The notes below the pieces were generated by a model. It worked only from the letters and a program-made list of their open reading frames with translations, did no database searches and was not told the DNA's origin. DNA of 64,000 nucleotides from Polyangiaceae bacterium (lineage in GTDB: Bacteria; Myxococcota_A; Polyangia; Polyangiales; Polyangiaceae), in the NCBI GenBank assembly GCA_965222375.1, contig CBDCTZ010000012.1:608001-672000 (forward strand), read 5' to 3'. This document shows, in pieces, positions 1 to 10,939 of the stretch (within the stretch, counting starts at the first letter, position 1; each line of letters opens with the position of its first letter). A program made the translations under genes and the position numbers.

Positions 1-247
1 GCTACCGTGTTGCTGTCAAGAGGCCGCAGCGTTCTGGACTTCGTTGTTTTTGCGGGCAACGCGCTTGTGACGCGCTTCGTGATGCCCGACGGGGCAATAC
101 CCGAAGGGGTACGTCGCGAGGCCGTCCTGGGCCTCTACTCTCGCAGAATTCCCCGCGGGTCACTGGGCACAAGCAGTGGCCCGGCGGCGTCGAGGCTCGG
201 TCGCCGCGTTTGCGCTCAGCCAAAAAGGAGACTACGTGCGGCTGGAC

Positions 248-1093
248 ATGCCCCGCGGTTTCGACTTGCCACAGCCTCCGGCGTTGCCCGATCAACGAGG
301 GCAGACCTTCACCAAGTTGGTGGAGTTGATGCAGCGTCTGCTTGCGCCGGATGGATGTCCCTGGGACCGCGAGCAAGATATGCACAGCATGCGTCGATAC
401 GTGTTGGAAGAAGCCTGCGAGGTCATTGACGCGATCGAGGACGGCGAACCGGAGCATTTGAAAGAAGAGCTCGGCGACCTCGCGCTGCAGGTCGTGTTTC
501 TGGCGGAGCTGGCACGCACGCAGGCGGGCTTTGGCCCCGATGACGTGGTGTTTGCGGTATGCGACAAGCTGGTGCGGCGCCACCCTCACGTGTTCGAAGA
601 CGTCTCCGTAGAGGGCTCCGAGGAAGTGTTGCGGAATTGGGAGGCCATCAAGCAGAGCGAGAAGGCAGGGCGTCGGCTGTTGGAAGGAGTCCCCCGTTCA
701 TTGCCTGCCCTCGCGCGCGCCCAACGCATGAGCGAAAAAGCCAGCCGGGTCGGTTTCGATTGGCCCAATGCGGCAGGTTCGCGAGCCAAAGTCGCGGAGG
801 AAGTCGCAGAACTGAATGAGGCCCTACACACGGGGGGCGATGGCCGGGTCGAACACGAGATCGGCGATCTCCTGTTCGCGCTGGTGAACCTCGCGCGGCA
901 TGAAAAGATCGACGCCGAGGCGGCGCTTCGAAAGGCGTCCGAGCGGTTCCGACAGCGCTTCGAGCACGTGGAAGACCGAGTGAGGGAAGTCCACGGCGGG
1001 TTTCCACGCACCGAGGCGGGCAAGCCAGGGCCGGGGATTCCGTTGGAAGAACTCGACGCATACTGGAACGAAGCGAAAGCAAAGTCCTCGTGA
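248..1093 (+). CDS. mazG: Nucleoside triphosphate pyrophosphohydrolase MazG
   Basis: Motifs GCPWDREQ, EEACEVIDAI, EELGDL, KLVRRHPHVF and a second domain with GFDW...EIGDLLF. ATG at 248 preferred over the ORF-track start at 176. Confidence 0.95.
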   Translation: MPRGFDLPQPPALPDQRGQTFTKLVELMQRLLAPDGCPWDREQDMHSMRRYVLEEACEVIDAIEDGEPEHLKEELGDLALQVVFLAELARTQAGFGPDDVVFAVCDKLVRRHPHVFEDVSVEGSEEVLRNWEAIKQSEKAGRRLLEGVPRSLPALARAQRMSEKASRVGFDWPNAAGSRAKVAEEVAELNEALHTGGDGRVEHEIGDLLFALVNLARHEKIDAEAALRKASERFRQRFEHVEDRVREVHGGFPRTEAGKPGPGIPLEELDAYWNEAKAKSS

Positions 1094-2271
1094 GCGAGGC
1101 GCCGCCGGATGCCGTGCATCCCCTGGCGCGTCTACCCGAAGAGTGGGAGACGCTCATGCTGCGCGCGGGCCAGCCCCGCTACCGCGCACGCCAGATCTTT
1201 CGGTGGCTCCATGCCCAAACCAGCGACAGTCCGGAAGAGATGAGCAATCTCCCTCGCCCGCTTCGCGCGCGGCTTGCTGAGGAACAGTTGACCCTGGAGC
1301 GCGAGGTTCTCGCGGTGCGACGTGCCAAGGACGGTACCCGCAAGGTGCTGCTGGAGTTCGGGCAGGAAGCGCGGATCGAGTGTGTGGTCATTCCCATGAA
1401 ACCCCTCGCATCGCCAAGCGACGACGCGGATCTGGCGGCGGTGCCCGAAGACGACGAGGCGCAGGCAGCGGGGGGGCCGATCCGAGTGACGGTCTGTCTT
1501 TCGACCCAACACGGTTGCGCAATGGGTTGCGTGTTTTGCGCGAGTGGTCGCGCTGGGCTCCTTCGCGGGCTTTCGGCTGCTGAGGTCATCGAGCAGGTTC
1601 GCGTGGCAAAACGGCAACTAGAGCCCGGAGAGCAACTGCGCAACCTCGTCTTCATGGGTATGGGCGAACCGCTGCACCACTACGCCGAGACGGCGCGGGC
1701 ACTGCGTGTACTGACGCATCCTGACGGAATGGATTTGTCTCTCCGACGCATCACCGTCAGCACGGTGGGGTTGGTGCCCGGGATCGACAAACTCGGTGAG
1801 GACTTCGGTGGCAAAGTCGGCTTGGCTGTCTCCTTGCACGCTGCGACGGATGAGCTTCGCGAAAGGATCGTTCCCATGAATAGCCGCTACTCGGTGGGTG
1901 ACATCATGGCTGCTCTGCGTCGCTATCCGCTGCCGCGACGTCGTCGCATCACCCTCGAATACACTCTGATGCAGGATGTAAACGACAGCCTGGAGCATGC
2001 CAGGCAGCTGGTCCGGCTGCTTCGGGGACTCAAAGTGAAGGTGAACTTGATCCCGATGAATCCTGTCGCGGGTTCGGGGCTCGAAGCATCCAGCCCCGAG
2101 CGAGTGAGGGCTTTTCAAGAAGCGGTTCACGGGTCCGGGGTTTCCTGTTTCGTACGGGTCAGGCGTGGGGGTGGGGTCGACGCAGCTTGTGGCCAACTCG
2201 CCCTGGGTGGCGAGGAGCCCGCCCCTCAGTTGATTCGAAGCATTGGTAGAAAAACTAAAGAAATCAGCTAG
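1090..2271 (+). CDS. rlmN: Dual-specificity 23S rRNA/tRNA methyltransferase RlmN (radical SAM)
   Basis: CAMGCVFC (CxxxCxxC), MGMGEPL, SLHA, NLIP and the C-terminal AACGQL. GTGA overlap with mazG. Confidence 0.95.
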   Translation: MSEAPPDAVHPLARLPEEWETLMLRAGQPRYRARQIFRWLHAQTSDSPEEMSNLPRPLRARLAEEQLTLEREVLAVRRAKDGTRKVLLEFGQEARIECVVIPMKPLASPSDDADLAAVPEDDEAQAAGGPIRVTVCLSTQHGCAMGCVFCASGRAGLLRGLSAAEVIEQVRVAKRQLEPGEQLRNLVFMGMGEPLHHYAETARALRVLTHPDGMDLSLRRITVSTVGLVPGIDKLGEDFGGKVGLAVSLHAATDELRERIVPMNSRYSVGDIMAALRRYPLPRRRRITLEYTLMQDVNDSLEHARQLVRLLRGLKVKVNLIPMNPVAGSGLEASSPERVRAFQEAVHGSGVSCFVRVRRGGGVDAACGQLALGGEEPAPQLIRSIGRKTKEIS

Positions 2272-2322
2272 TTACGACAGTAGCCTGCGGAGCACGTCCG
2301 ATTCTTGAGTATGCTGCGCGCC

Positions 2323-4041
2323 ATGACTGCCCCGAACTTGATCGGCAGCGCCACGGATCGCGCTCGCGCCTGGATGCAACAAGATCCGGATCCCGAGACT
2401 CGGGCGGAACTCCAAGCGCTGATCGAAGCCGGCGACGAAAAGGAGCTGGCAGAGCGAATGCACGCGCCGCTGTCCTTCGGCACGGCCGGATTGCGAGGCA
2501 TCGTCGGGGCTGGCGAAAACCGGATGAATCGTGCGGTGGTGATTCGCGCGACTCGAGGACTGGCGGACACCTTGGCCCGCCGGGTCCCGGACGTTCGCAC
2601 TCTGCCGGTCGTCGTGGGCTACGACGGTCGGCTCAGTAGCCGTGACTTCGCGGAAGAAGCTGTCGCGGTGCTCGATGCAGCGGGGATCCCTGTGCGGGTC
2701 TTCGACCATCCCGAATCGACTCCCATGGTGGCCTATGCGGCGCGGGAGCTTGGCGCGCAGGCTGCCATCGTCGTTACGGCGAGCCACAACCCGCCTGAGT
2801 ACAACGGCTACAAGGTCTACGCGCCGAACGCCGTTCAGATCGTTCCGCCCTGGGACACGGACATTGCGGCCGCCATCGCGGCGACCGGGCCGGCGAATGA
2901 AGTGCCCAAGAACGACGGAGCCTACAAGCGAGCTGAGCGAGTCCCGGACAGTTTCGCCGATCGCTACCTGACTGATGTCGATGCCATTCGACCCAGGGGC
3001 CAGAAGGACCAAGATTTCAACATCATTTACACGCCCCTGCACGGCGTGGGCGCATCGATGGTGAGCCGGGCCTTCGAGCGCGCGGGGTATCGCCTGTCGC
3101 TCGTGCCTGAGCAGGCAGAGCCGGATGGCAATTTCCCAACGGTGCAGTTTCCGAACCCAGAAGAACCCGGAGCATTGGATCTAGCGCTCGCGCTGGCTGA
3201 GAAAACCGAGGCTGAGCTGATACTCGCTAACGATCCGGACGCCGACCGCCTCGCGGTGTGCGTGCCCACGTCGACGGGCCGCTTCGTTCAGCTCTCTGGT
3301 AATCAAGTCGGGATCTTGCTGGCCGAAATGATGCTGCAGAACGCACTGTCCTCTCCGCGCCCGGCGGTTCTCTCATCCATCGTGTCGACTCCTATGCTGC
3401 GGGACGTGGCCAAAGCGTACGGCGCGCATTTCGAGCAGACACTGACTGGATTCAAATGGATTTGGAATGCGGCCCTGGACTTGGAACACGAAGCGAGCGT
3501 CCGCTACTGCTTCAGTTACGAAGAGGCGCAGGGTTATTGCGCCGGGCGGTTCGTACGGGACAAGGACGGAATCGCCGCTGCGCTGCTCTTCGCAGATCTT
3601 GCGGCGGAGTGCCGGGCTCGCAGACAGAGCGTCCTCGAGCATCTGCATACGCTCTACCGCAGGCACGGCCTGTGGGTCAGCGCGCAGAAGAGCGTGACCT
3701 GCCCGGGTAGCGAGGGGTCGGCCAAGATCGCGGGCGCCATGCAGACCCTGGGGGACGCGCCGCCCAAGCAGGTTGGCGGCATGTCCGTCACCGGTTTCGT
3801 GGACTATCGAGTCGGCGCGGACCAGCGCCCGCGCTGGTTGGCCCAGGCGGACATGGTCGAGCTGAGCCTCGAAGGTGGTGGACGAGTGTTGGTCCGGCCC
3901 AGCGGCACGGAGCCGAAGTTGAAGATCTATGTGGACCTGCGCGCTGAGCTGGAGGAGCAGAGCGTGGGCGCGAAAGAAAGTGCGCTGCAGGAGCAGGCGC
4001 AGGTGTTGGCGGATGCGGTTGCAAAGAGCCTGGAGCTCTGA
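2323..4041 (+). CDS. Phosphoglucomutase/phosphomannomutase family protein
   Basis: FGTAGLRG, TASHNP (phospho-Ser), DPDADR (metal loop), RPSGTEPKLK. Start could be 2305, 2311 or 2323. Confidence 0.93.
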   Translation: MTAPNLIGSATDRARAWMQQDPDPETRAELQALIEAGDEKELAERMHAPLSFGTAGLRGIVGAGENRMNRAVVIRATRGLADTLARRVPDVRTLPVVVGYDGRLSSRDFAEEAVAVLDAAGIPVRVFDHPESTPMVAYAARELGAQAAIVVTASHNPPEYNGYKVYAPNAVQIVPPWDTDIAAAIAATGPANEVPKNDGAYKRAERVPDSFADRYLTDVDAIRPRGQKDQDFNIIYTPLHGVGASMVSRAFERAGYRLSLVPEQAEPDGNFPTVQFPNPEEPGALDLALALAEKTEAELILANDPDADRLAVCVPTSTGRFVQLSGNQVGILLAEMMLQNALSSPRPAVLSSIVSTPMLRDVAKAYGAHFEQTLTGFKWIWNAALDLEHEASVRYCFSYEEAQGYCAGRFVRDKDGIAAALLFADLAAECRARRQSVLEHLHTLYRRHGLWVSAQKSVTCPGSEGSAKIAGAMQTLGDAPPKQVGGMSVTGFVDYRVGADQRPRWLAQADMVELSLEGGGRVLVRPSGTEPKLKIYVDLRAELEEQSVGAKESALQEQAQVLADAVAKSLEL

Positions 4042-4083
4042 TGCGATCCAAATTGTGAGCGAGAGCAAATCCTGGAGGACACG

Positions 4084-4713
4084 ATGCGGAAGTTGATGAC
4101 AATTGGTGCGGCGGTGGTAGCAACTTCGTTGGCGGCGCCGGCTGCGGCTCAGGAGTTCGGGGAGCAAGGCACACCCGCTTTGTTCGCTGAGCGTCTATTC
4201 GGTTTCTACTTCTCGAAGCGAGAGACGGATCTGCCCAACGGAAACGAGGTAGAAGAGGACTTCAAGGGCTTCGGACTGGGTACTCGCTCTCCAGCACACG
4301 TGACGCCTTACGAGCTACCTCGGGTCGGCTTCGACTACTTCGTCATCGACTCTCTGTCGGTGGGCGGGGCACTCGCCTACGCTCAGTCCGAGGACGACGA
4401 CGATCCTAACAACGAGTTCAGCATTTTCTTGTTGGCTCCTCGGGTTGGGTACGTTTGGATGTTCTCCGAAGTGGTCGGCTTTTGGCTGAGGGGCGGATTC
4501 ACATATCATTCCATCGACAGGGATCCCGGGGGCATTGACGAGAACGCCTTGGCGCTGACCGGGGAGGGCATGTTCGTGATCACGCCGACTCCCAACTTTG
4601 GTTTCATCGTGGGGCCGACTTTCGACTTGAGCTTCACGGGTGAAATCGAAGACCAGGATCGACGCTATCGCTCTTTCGGCCTGATCAACGCAGGCATTGG
4701 CGGCTGGTTCTGA
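4084..4713 (+). CDS. Outer-membrane beta-barrel protein, function unknown
   Basis: GGAGG RBS, signal peptide ending AAA-Q, alternating amphipathic strands, C-terminal aromatic residues (GGWF). Confidence 0.7.
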   Translation: MRKLMTIGAAVVATSLAAPAAAQEFGEQGTPALFAERLFGFYFSKRETDLPNGNEVEEDFKGFGLGTRSPAHVTPYELPRVGFDYFVIDSLSVGGALAYAQSEDDDDPNNEFSIFLLAPRVGYVWMFSEVVGFWLRGGFTYHSIDRDPGGIDENALALTGEGMFVITPTPNFGFIVGPTFDLSFTGEIEDQDRRYRSFGLINAGIGGWF

Positions 4714-4810
4714 GCGCTTTTTGTCGAAAAACCGGGGAAGGTTCCCCCGCGGAAGGCGTATTAGGAGCCCGGGCGCCGCCCGTATCCCAGCGGGGTAGGG
4801 GGCGGCAGGC

Positions 4811-4838
4811 TTGCACCCGGTTGACCGGCGGCTATGCT
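4811..4838 (+). promoter_or_regulatory. Putative sigma70-type promoter
   Basis: TTGCAC-16 nt-TATGCT, about 40 nt upstream of the ATG at 4879. Confidence 0.4.
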
Positions 4839-4878
4839 CCACCCGCGCCGACCACCGGCCTCTTATTGGGAGAAAATC

Positions 4879-5562
4879 ATGCGCTTTATCTTCATTTCCC
4901 TGGCTTCGGCACTGGCGGTCGCCTGCTCTTCGGGCGGGGGCGGTGGCGGGGCCGTTTCCTGTGCCGACGGCGGTACCTGCCCCTCGGGTCTCGTCTGCGA
5001 CCCCTCAGGGGTTTGCGTCCAACCCGGCGGTACCGGTGGAAGTGGCGCGACGGGGGCGACGGGCGCCGTAGGGGGCTTGGGCGGCGGTGGCGGGGGCACC
5101 ACGACGGGCGGTTCAGGTGGCGGCGGTGGTACCGGCGGTTTCGGTACCGGCGGCGCGGGCACCGGCGGCGCGGGCACCGGCGGATTCGGTACCGGTGGCT
5201 TCGGTACCGGTGGCACGGGCACTGGCGGCTTTGGCACCGGCGGATTCGGTACCGGTGGTTTCGGTACCGGTGGAACTGGCGCGGGCGGGACTGGCGGTGG
5301 TCCTGCCTGCGGCATCGCCGTGGATGGCAACCCGGTCTGCGACGCCTGCGGCGATCAGTTCTGCTGCTCTCAGCTGCAGAAGTGTGGACCGAATACCATC
5401 TGCAACCAGCTGATCGGCTGCTTGTCGCAGAACTGCCCGGACGGGAGCTGCGTCAACACGACTTGCTCTCAATTCGCCTCGGCGCTGCCGGACCTGCAGG
5501 CCGTTGGGACCTGTGTGTGCAATAGCTGTTCGTCTCAGTGCTCATCGTTCTGCACGCCCTGA
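4879..5562 (+). CDS. Gly-rich, Cys-rich lipoprotein (myxobacterial type)
   Basis: Lipobox-like LAVAC, a short Cys module, a GTGGx repeat linker and a Cys-rich C-terminal domain. RBS GGGAG precedes ATG 4879. Confidence 0.8.
   Translation: MRFIFISLASALAVACSSGGGGGGAVSCADGGTCPSGLVCDPSGVCVQPGGTGGSGATGATGAVGGLGGGGGGTTTGGSGGGGGTGGFGTGGAGTGGAGTGGFGTGGFGTGGTGTGGFGTGGFGTGGFGTGGTGAGGTGGGPACGIAVDGNPVCDACGDQFCCSQLQKCGPNTICNQLIGCLSQNCPDGSCVNTTCSQFASALPDLQAVGTCVCNSCSSQCSSFCTP
5128..5277 (+). repeat. Coding 15-bp tandem repeat, 10 copies, encoding GTGG(F/A/T)
   Basis: Units such as ggtaccggcggtttc, ggcaccggcggattc and ggtaccggtggcttc, read directly from the sequence. Confidence 0.95.
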
Positions 5563-5584
5563 GCGAAGAAGCGCAAGGTGCCAA

Positions 5585-5613
5585 CGCGGAGCGCCCCTCG
5601 CGGGCGCTTCGCG
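5585..5613. terminator. GC-rich hairpin between convergent genes (possible terminator or stabiliser)
   Basis: CGCGGAGCGCCC-ctcgc-GGGCGCTTCGCG, a 12-bp stem with one G:U. No clear U-tract. Confidence 0.4.
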
Positions 5614-5797
5614 CGTACTCCTAGAAACACCCCTCGACAAAACGCGAGGGACGCGTCTGCGCTTCGTGAGCTGGAGCGATGGCCGCGTGGGGTACAAGCG
5701 TTGGCCATGGAGCCATTTCTAGCCCCAAACCCCCTCAACAAACGGGTGCTCAAGGCCCCGACCGAGTTGACGAGGAGGCTCGGTATGCCGGCTCGCC

Positions 5798-7090
5798 TCA
5801 GTCCTCGCTGTCGTAAGGCACGACTTCGGACTTGATCAGGTCGGGGATCGCACTTCGGACGTCGTCCAGGATCTGTCCCGCAGTGCCGACCACGACCACC
5901 AGCAGGTTGTCGGGGTTGAGGCGTCGAGCAATCGCCGTGTTGGCTTGTTCCAGAGTCACGGCGTCTACGTGCTTGGTGTAGGCGCTGTAGTAGTCCTCGG
6001 GCAGATCGTAGAGAGCTTGATCGAGGCTGAGGCCCACCCGCTTGCTCGCGGTATCCAGCGCGAACGCGTGGCTCCGCACCAAGTAGCGTTTGGCCCAGGC
6101 GAGTTCCTTCTTGGTGATGCCCTTTTCGACGAAGGCCTCGAGCAACTCGATCTCGAGGCGAATGCAGTCGGCGGCATCTGACGCCTTTGGAAACGTCCAC
6201 ATCGACAGCGCACGCCGCTGCCGGTCGATGGGCAAGCTCGAATAGGCGCCATAGGACCAACCGCGTTTTTCGCGAACCTCTTGAGTCAGGCGAGCGGTGA
6301 ACGTGCCCCCGAAAACCGTATTGGCTACGAACAAGGCGGCATGGTCTTCATCTCGGGGCTGGGTGCCGGCGGTTCCAATTAGGATCTGGGTTTGGGAGCG
6401 TTCCGGCTTGTCCACGAAGACCAGCCGGCGCCCGGGCTCAAAGTCCGGGGCAGCTACGTCTACGCTGGGCGCAGGTGTGTCGGGCAGCGCGGTGGCGATC
6501 CGTTCAGCAATGCCGTGGGCGGTGGACTCGTCGACATCCCCAGAAAACGCGAAGAGCACGTTGTCGCGCACCAAACTCTGGGCGTGAAAGCCCCGCACGT
6601 CGTCGACACCGAGGGCGTCGATGCTCTTGGGGCTGCCGACCACGCTCCGACCATAGGCATGGTCCCGATACATGTGGCGCCGAAAACAGGCGCGCGCCAA
6701 AGAGCGATCATGGTCTCGCGCCTCCACGATTTCCGCTTGGGTTTCTCGGGCCAGGCGCGCGTGTTCTTCTTCGGCGAAGCCGGGTTCGGCGACGACATCC
6801 GCGAATAGCCCGACGAACTCGTCCAGGGACCGAGAGATGACAGTGCCATGCACTCCGGAGGTCGTGTGGGAGCAGTCGACGCCGAGATAGGCTCCCAGGC
6901 TGTCGATGCGCGTGTCGAGCTCTTCGGTGGTTCTCCCGCCCCCGGTGCGCCGCATCAGCCGTCCGGTGAAGCGGCTCAGTCCTTCCTTGCCCGCGGGCTC
7001 ACGAGCGGCGCCGGTTCGAAGAGCGAGGGTCATGCTCACCAAGGGCAACGCCGAACTGGACTCGACTAGGACTTTCGAGGGCGCGCTCAT
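5798..7090 (-). CDS. M16 (insulinase/pitrilysin) family peptidase, non-catalytic partner subunit
   Basis: M16-like features (RLTQEVREKRGWSYGAYS) but no HxxEH. ATGA overlap with the upstream M16 gene. Confidence 0.88.
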   Translation of the reverse strand: MSAPSKVLVESSSALPLVSMTLALRTGAAREPAGKEGLSRFTGRLMRRTGGGRTTEELDTRIDSLGAYLGVDCSHTTSGVHGTVISRSLDEFVGLFADVVAEPGFAEEEHARLARETQAEIVEARDHDRSLARACFRRHMYRDHAYGRSVVGSPKSIDALGVDDVRGFHAQSLVRDNVLFAFSGDVDESTAHGIAERIATALPDTPAPSVDVAAPDFEPGRRLVFVDKPERSQTQILIGTAGTQPRDEDHAALFVANTVFGGTFTARLTQEVREKRGWSYGAYSSLPIDRQRRALSMWTFPKASDAADCIRLEIELLEAFVEKGITKKELAWAKRYLVRSHAFALDTASKRVGLSLDQALYDLPEDYYSAYTKHVDAVTLEQANTAIARRLNPDNLLVVVVGTAGQILDDVRSAIPDLIKSEVVPYDSED

Positions 7091-8454
7091 TCTGCGGCCT
7101 CTTCATTGGCCGGCGTCGGTCGAACGACCACGATGGTGCGCGCCGATTCCACCAAATAGCGCCTAGCAACTCGCAGCAGGTCGCTCTCGGTGACCCTTCG
7201 GATGGCATCCAGTCGTTCGAAGGCGGCGTTGGGACGGCCAAGCACGACTTCGTAGAAACCCAGGGTCGATGCCTTGCCATCCGCGGTTTCCAATCCCGCC
7301 ACGAGCCCCAACTCCAGGCGGGCCTTGGCTCTCTCGAGCTCCTGCGCGGTCACCGGCTGCTGTCGGGCGGCGCTCAGCAGTCGGTCCAAGGCGTCGAGGA
7401 GCTCCTCGGCACGGCTGCTGCCCCGGGCCGAGGCGTACAGCTCCCAAAGCCCTGGGTCCCTAAATGGGCTGACGAAGGAACGCACCTCGGTGGCGATCTC
7501 CAGCTGTCGAATCAGCTTGGCGTGCGCACGGCTGACCCGACCCCCAAACAGCACCTCGTTCAAAACGCTCAGGGCGGGGTGGTCGAAGTCTCCCAGCGCT
7601 GGGCTCTTGTACCCGATCAGTAGTTTGTCGCTTTGGGTCGGCTGGAAGATTTCACGTCGCCGTTCGTCCACCTGAGGGGGCTCCGGGCGCAGATCTTCGA
7701 TTGGGAGCACGCTCGGTGGGATGCTTCCGTAGGCCGCCTGCACCTTGGACAGCAGCTTCGCTTCGCTGGTACTGCCAACCACGACGACGGTTGCGTTGTT
7801 GGGTGCGTAGTAGGTTCGATAGAAGTCGACGCAGTCCGCAGTGTTGAAAGCCTCGATGTCCTGCATCCAGCCGATGGTCGGGCTATGGTAGGTGTGTGTG
7901 GTGAACGCGCTGGCCCAGAGCAGCTCGCTGGCAGTGCTCTCGACGTCGTCGTCGACGCGATAGCGTCGCTCGTTGGCCACGACGTCCTTCTCACTCGCCA
8001 CCTGGGGGTCGCGAACGATGAGTTTCGTCATGCGCTCGGCCTCCAAGTCAACCACCAAGCCGAGGTGCGAACTGGGAATGGCCACGTGGTAGTGCGTCCA
8101 ATCGAACCAGGTGCCGGCATTGCTTTCTGCGCCGGCTTCTTCCAAGCGACGGTCGAACTCCCCCGCGCCCAGGTTCTCGGTTTCCTTGAACATCAGGTGT
8201 TCGAACAAATGCGCCAGCCCCGTCTTGCTTCGGATTTCGTGACGGGATCCAACGCGATACCAAGTGTGGTACGCGACGACCGGCGCGCTGTCGTCCTTGA
8301 CGAAGAGCAGCTCGAGCCCGTTTCCGAAGCGAAATCGCTCACCGATCAGCTCTGGGCCAAATGGAAAGCTCTCGACGTGCTCGATTCTGCCGTGGGCGGG
8401 CGCGGATTCGTTGAGGTGCGCGAGTCGCTTGGCGCGGGCGGGCGATTTCTTCAT
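7087..8454 (-). CDS. M16 family zinc peptidase, catalytic subunit
   Basis: GLAHLFEHLMF (inverted zinc motif HxxEH), WYRVGS, YYAPNNA. Confidence 0.93.
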   Translation of the reverse strand: MKKSPARAKRLAHLNESAPAHGRIEHVESFPFGPELIGERFRFGNGLELLFVKDDSAPVVAYHTWYRVGSRHEIRSKTGLAHLFEHLMFKETENLGAGEFDRRLEEAGAESNAGTWFDWTHYHVAIPSSHLGLVVDLEAERMTKLIVRDPQVASEKDVVANERRYRVDDDVESTASELLWASAFTTHTYHSPTIGWMQDIEAFNTADCVDFYRTYYAPNNATVVVVGSTSEAKLLSKVQAAYGSIPPSVLPIEDLRPEPPQVDERRREIFQPTQSDKLLIGYKSPALGDFDHPALSVLNEVLFGGRVSRAHAKLIRQLEIATEVRSFVSPFRDPGLWELYASARGSSRAEELLDALDRLLSAARQQPVTAQELERAKARLELGLVAGLETADGKASTLGFYEVVLGRPNAAFERLDAIRRVTESDLLRVARRYLVESARTIVVVRPTPANEEAAE

Positions 8455-8457
8455 CGA

Positions 8458-10260
<1,803 letters not shown>

Positions 10261-10357
10261 GCCAATTGGGGGCGAGAGGGCCGCCGTGTTTAGCGCGTAG
10301 AGCTACGCTCGACCAGACGCCAGTGAATCCCGAGCAGCCAAAGCCGTGGTTTCGAGA

Positions 10358-10558
10358 CTACTTTTTGCTCGACTTGGCCGGCGAAGCATCCAAGGACATC
10401 TGGCCGGGAAGCGCGTGCTCATAGCGCTTCAGCACCAGGTCGATGCCCTCCCGAATGTAGACTGCTACGGGCACTTTCGTCCGCTTGTGCAAAAGGTGCA
10501 GCCGCTCGTTCTGCTCCGGCGTGATGTAGACCGTTGTGGATATTTTTTTACGGCTCAT
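10358..10558 (-). CDS. Ribbon-helix-helix protein (66 aa), CdbA-like candidate nucleoid/c-di-GMP-binding protein
   Basis: MSRKKISTTVYITPEQNERL...VPVAVYIREGIDLVL fits a beta-alpha-alpha RHH pattern. The ATG at 10558 follows a near-consensus promoter. Confidence 0.85.
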   Translation of the reverse strand: MSRKKISTTVYITPEQNERLHLLHKRTKVPVAVYIREGIDLVLKRYEHALPGQMSLDASPAKSSKK

Positions 10559-10603
10559 TTTCGGGGTCGCGGCTCGGGGGGCGTGGCCTGACTGCCAGCC
10601 GTT

Positions 10604-10632
10604 ACAATAGATTCCACTACGTATGGTGTCAA
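10604..10632 (-). promoter_or_regulatory. Sigma70-type promoter for the RHH gene
   Basis: Minus strand reads TTGACA-17 nt-TATTGT, inside an AT-rich patch. Confidence 0.7.
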
Positions 10633-10939
10633 TCAAGGCGCGCGGCCAGGCTAAAGTAGAATCTCCTTTATTAATAGACACTTACGGCGCTGGCTCGACT
10701 TCGGTCGAGGACCCTCCAGGAGTGTCCTCGCCCAGGCTTTGACTCATCGAGCGCGCCGGAGTGTCCTGTTGACCGTGCGGATGATATGGCAACTTTCAGA
10801 GCTATCCCTGAGCTTCATTCCTCAAGCGTCGCCCACCGGAGCAACCATGGCACCCCGCTTGTCACAGCTACCTACACCCGCCTACGATGGGCTCCGCTCG
10901 CGCCCTGAAGCGCGGGTCTGCTTGTCGTTGGGGAATGTC

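Noticed and set aside
1..247. Possible ncRNA or gene fragment at the window start
   Set aside because: There is no recognisable RNA motif or credible protein. It is treated as mazG upstream sequence.
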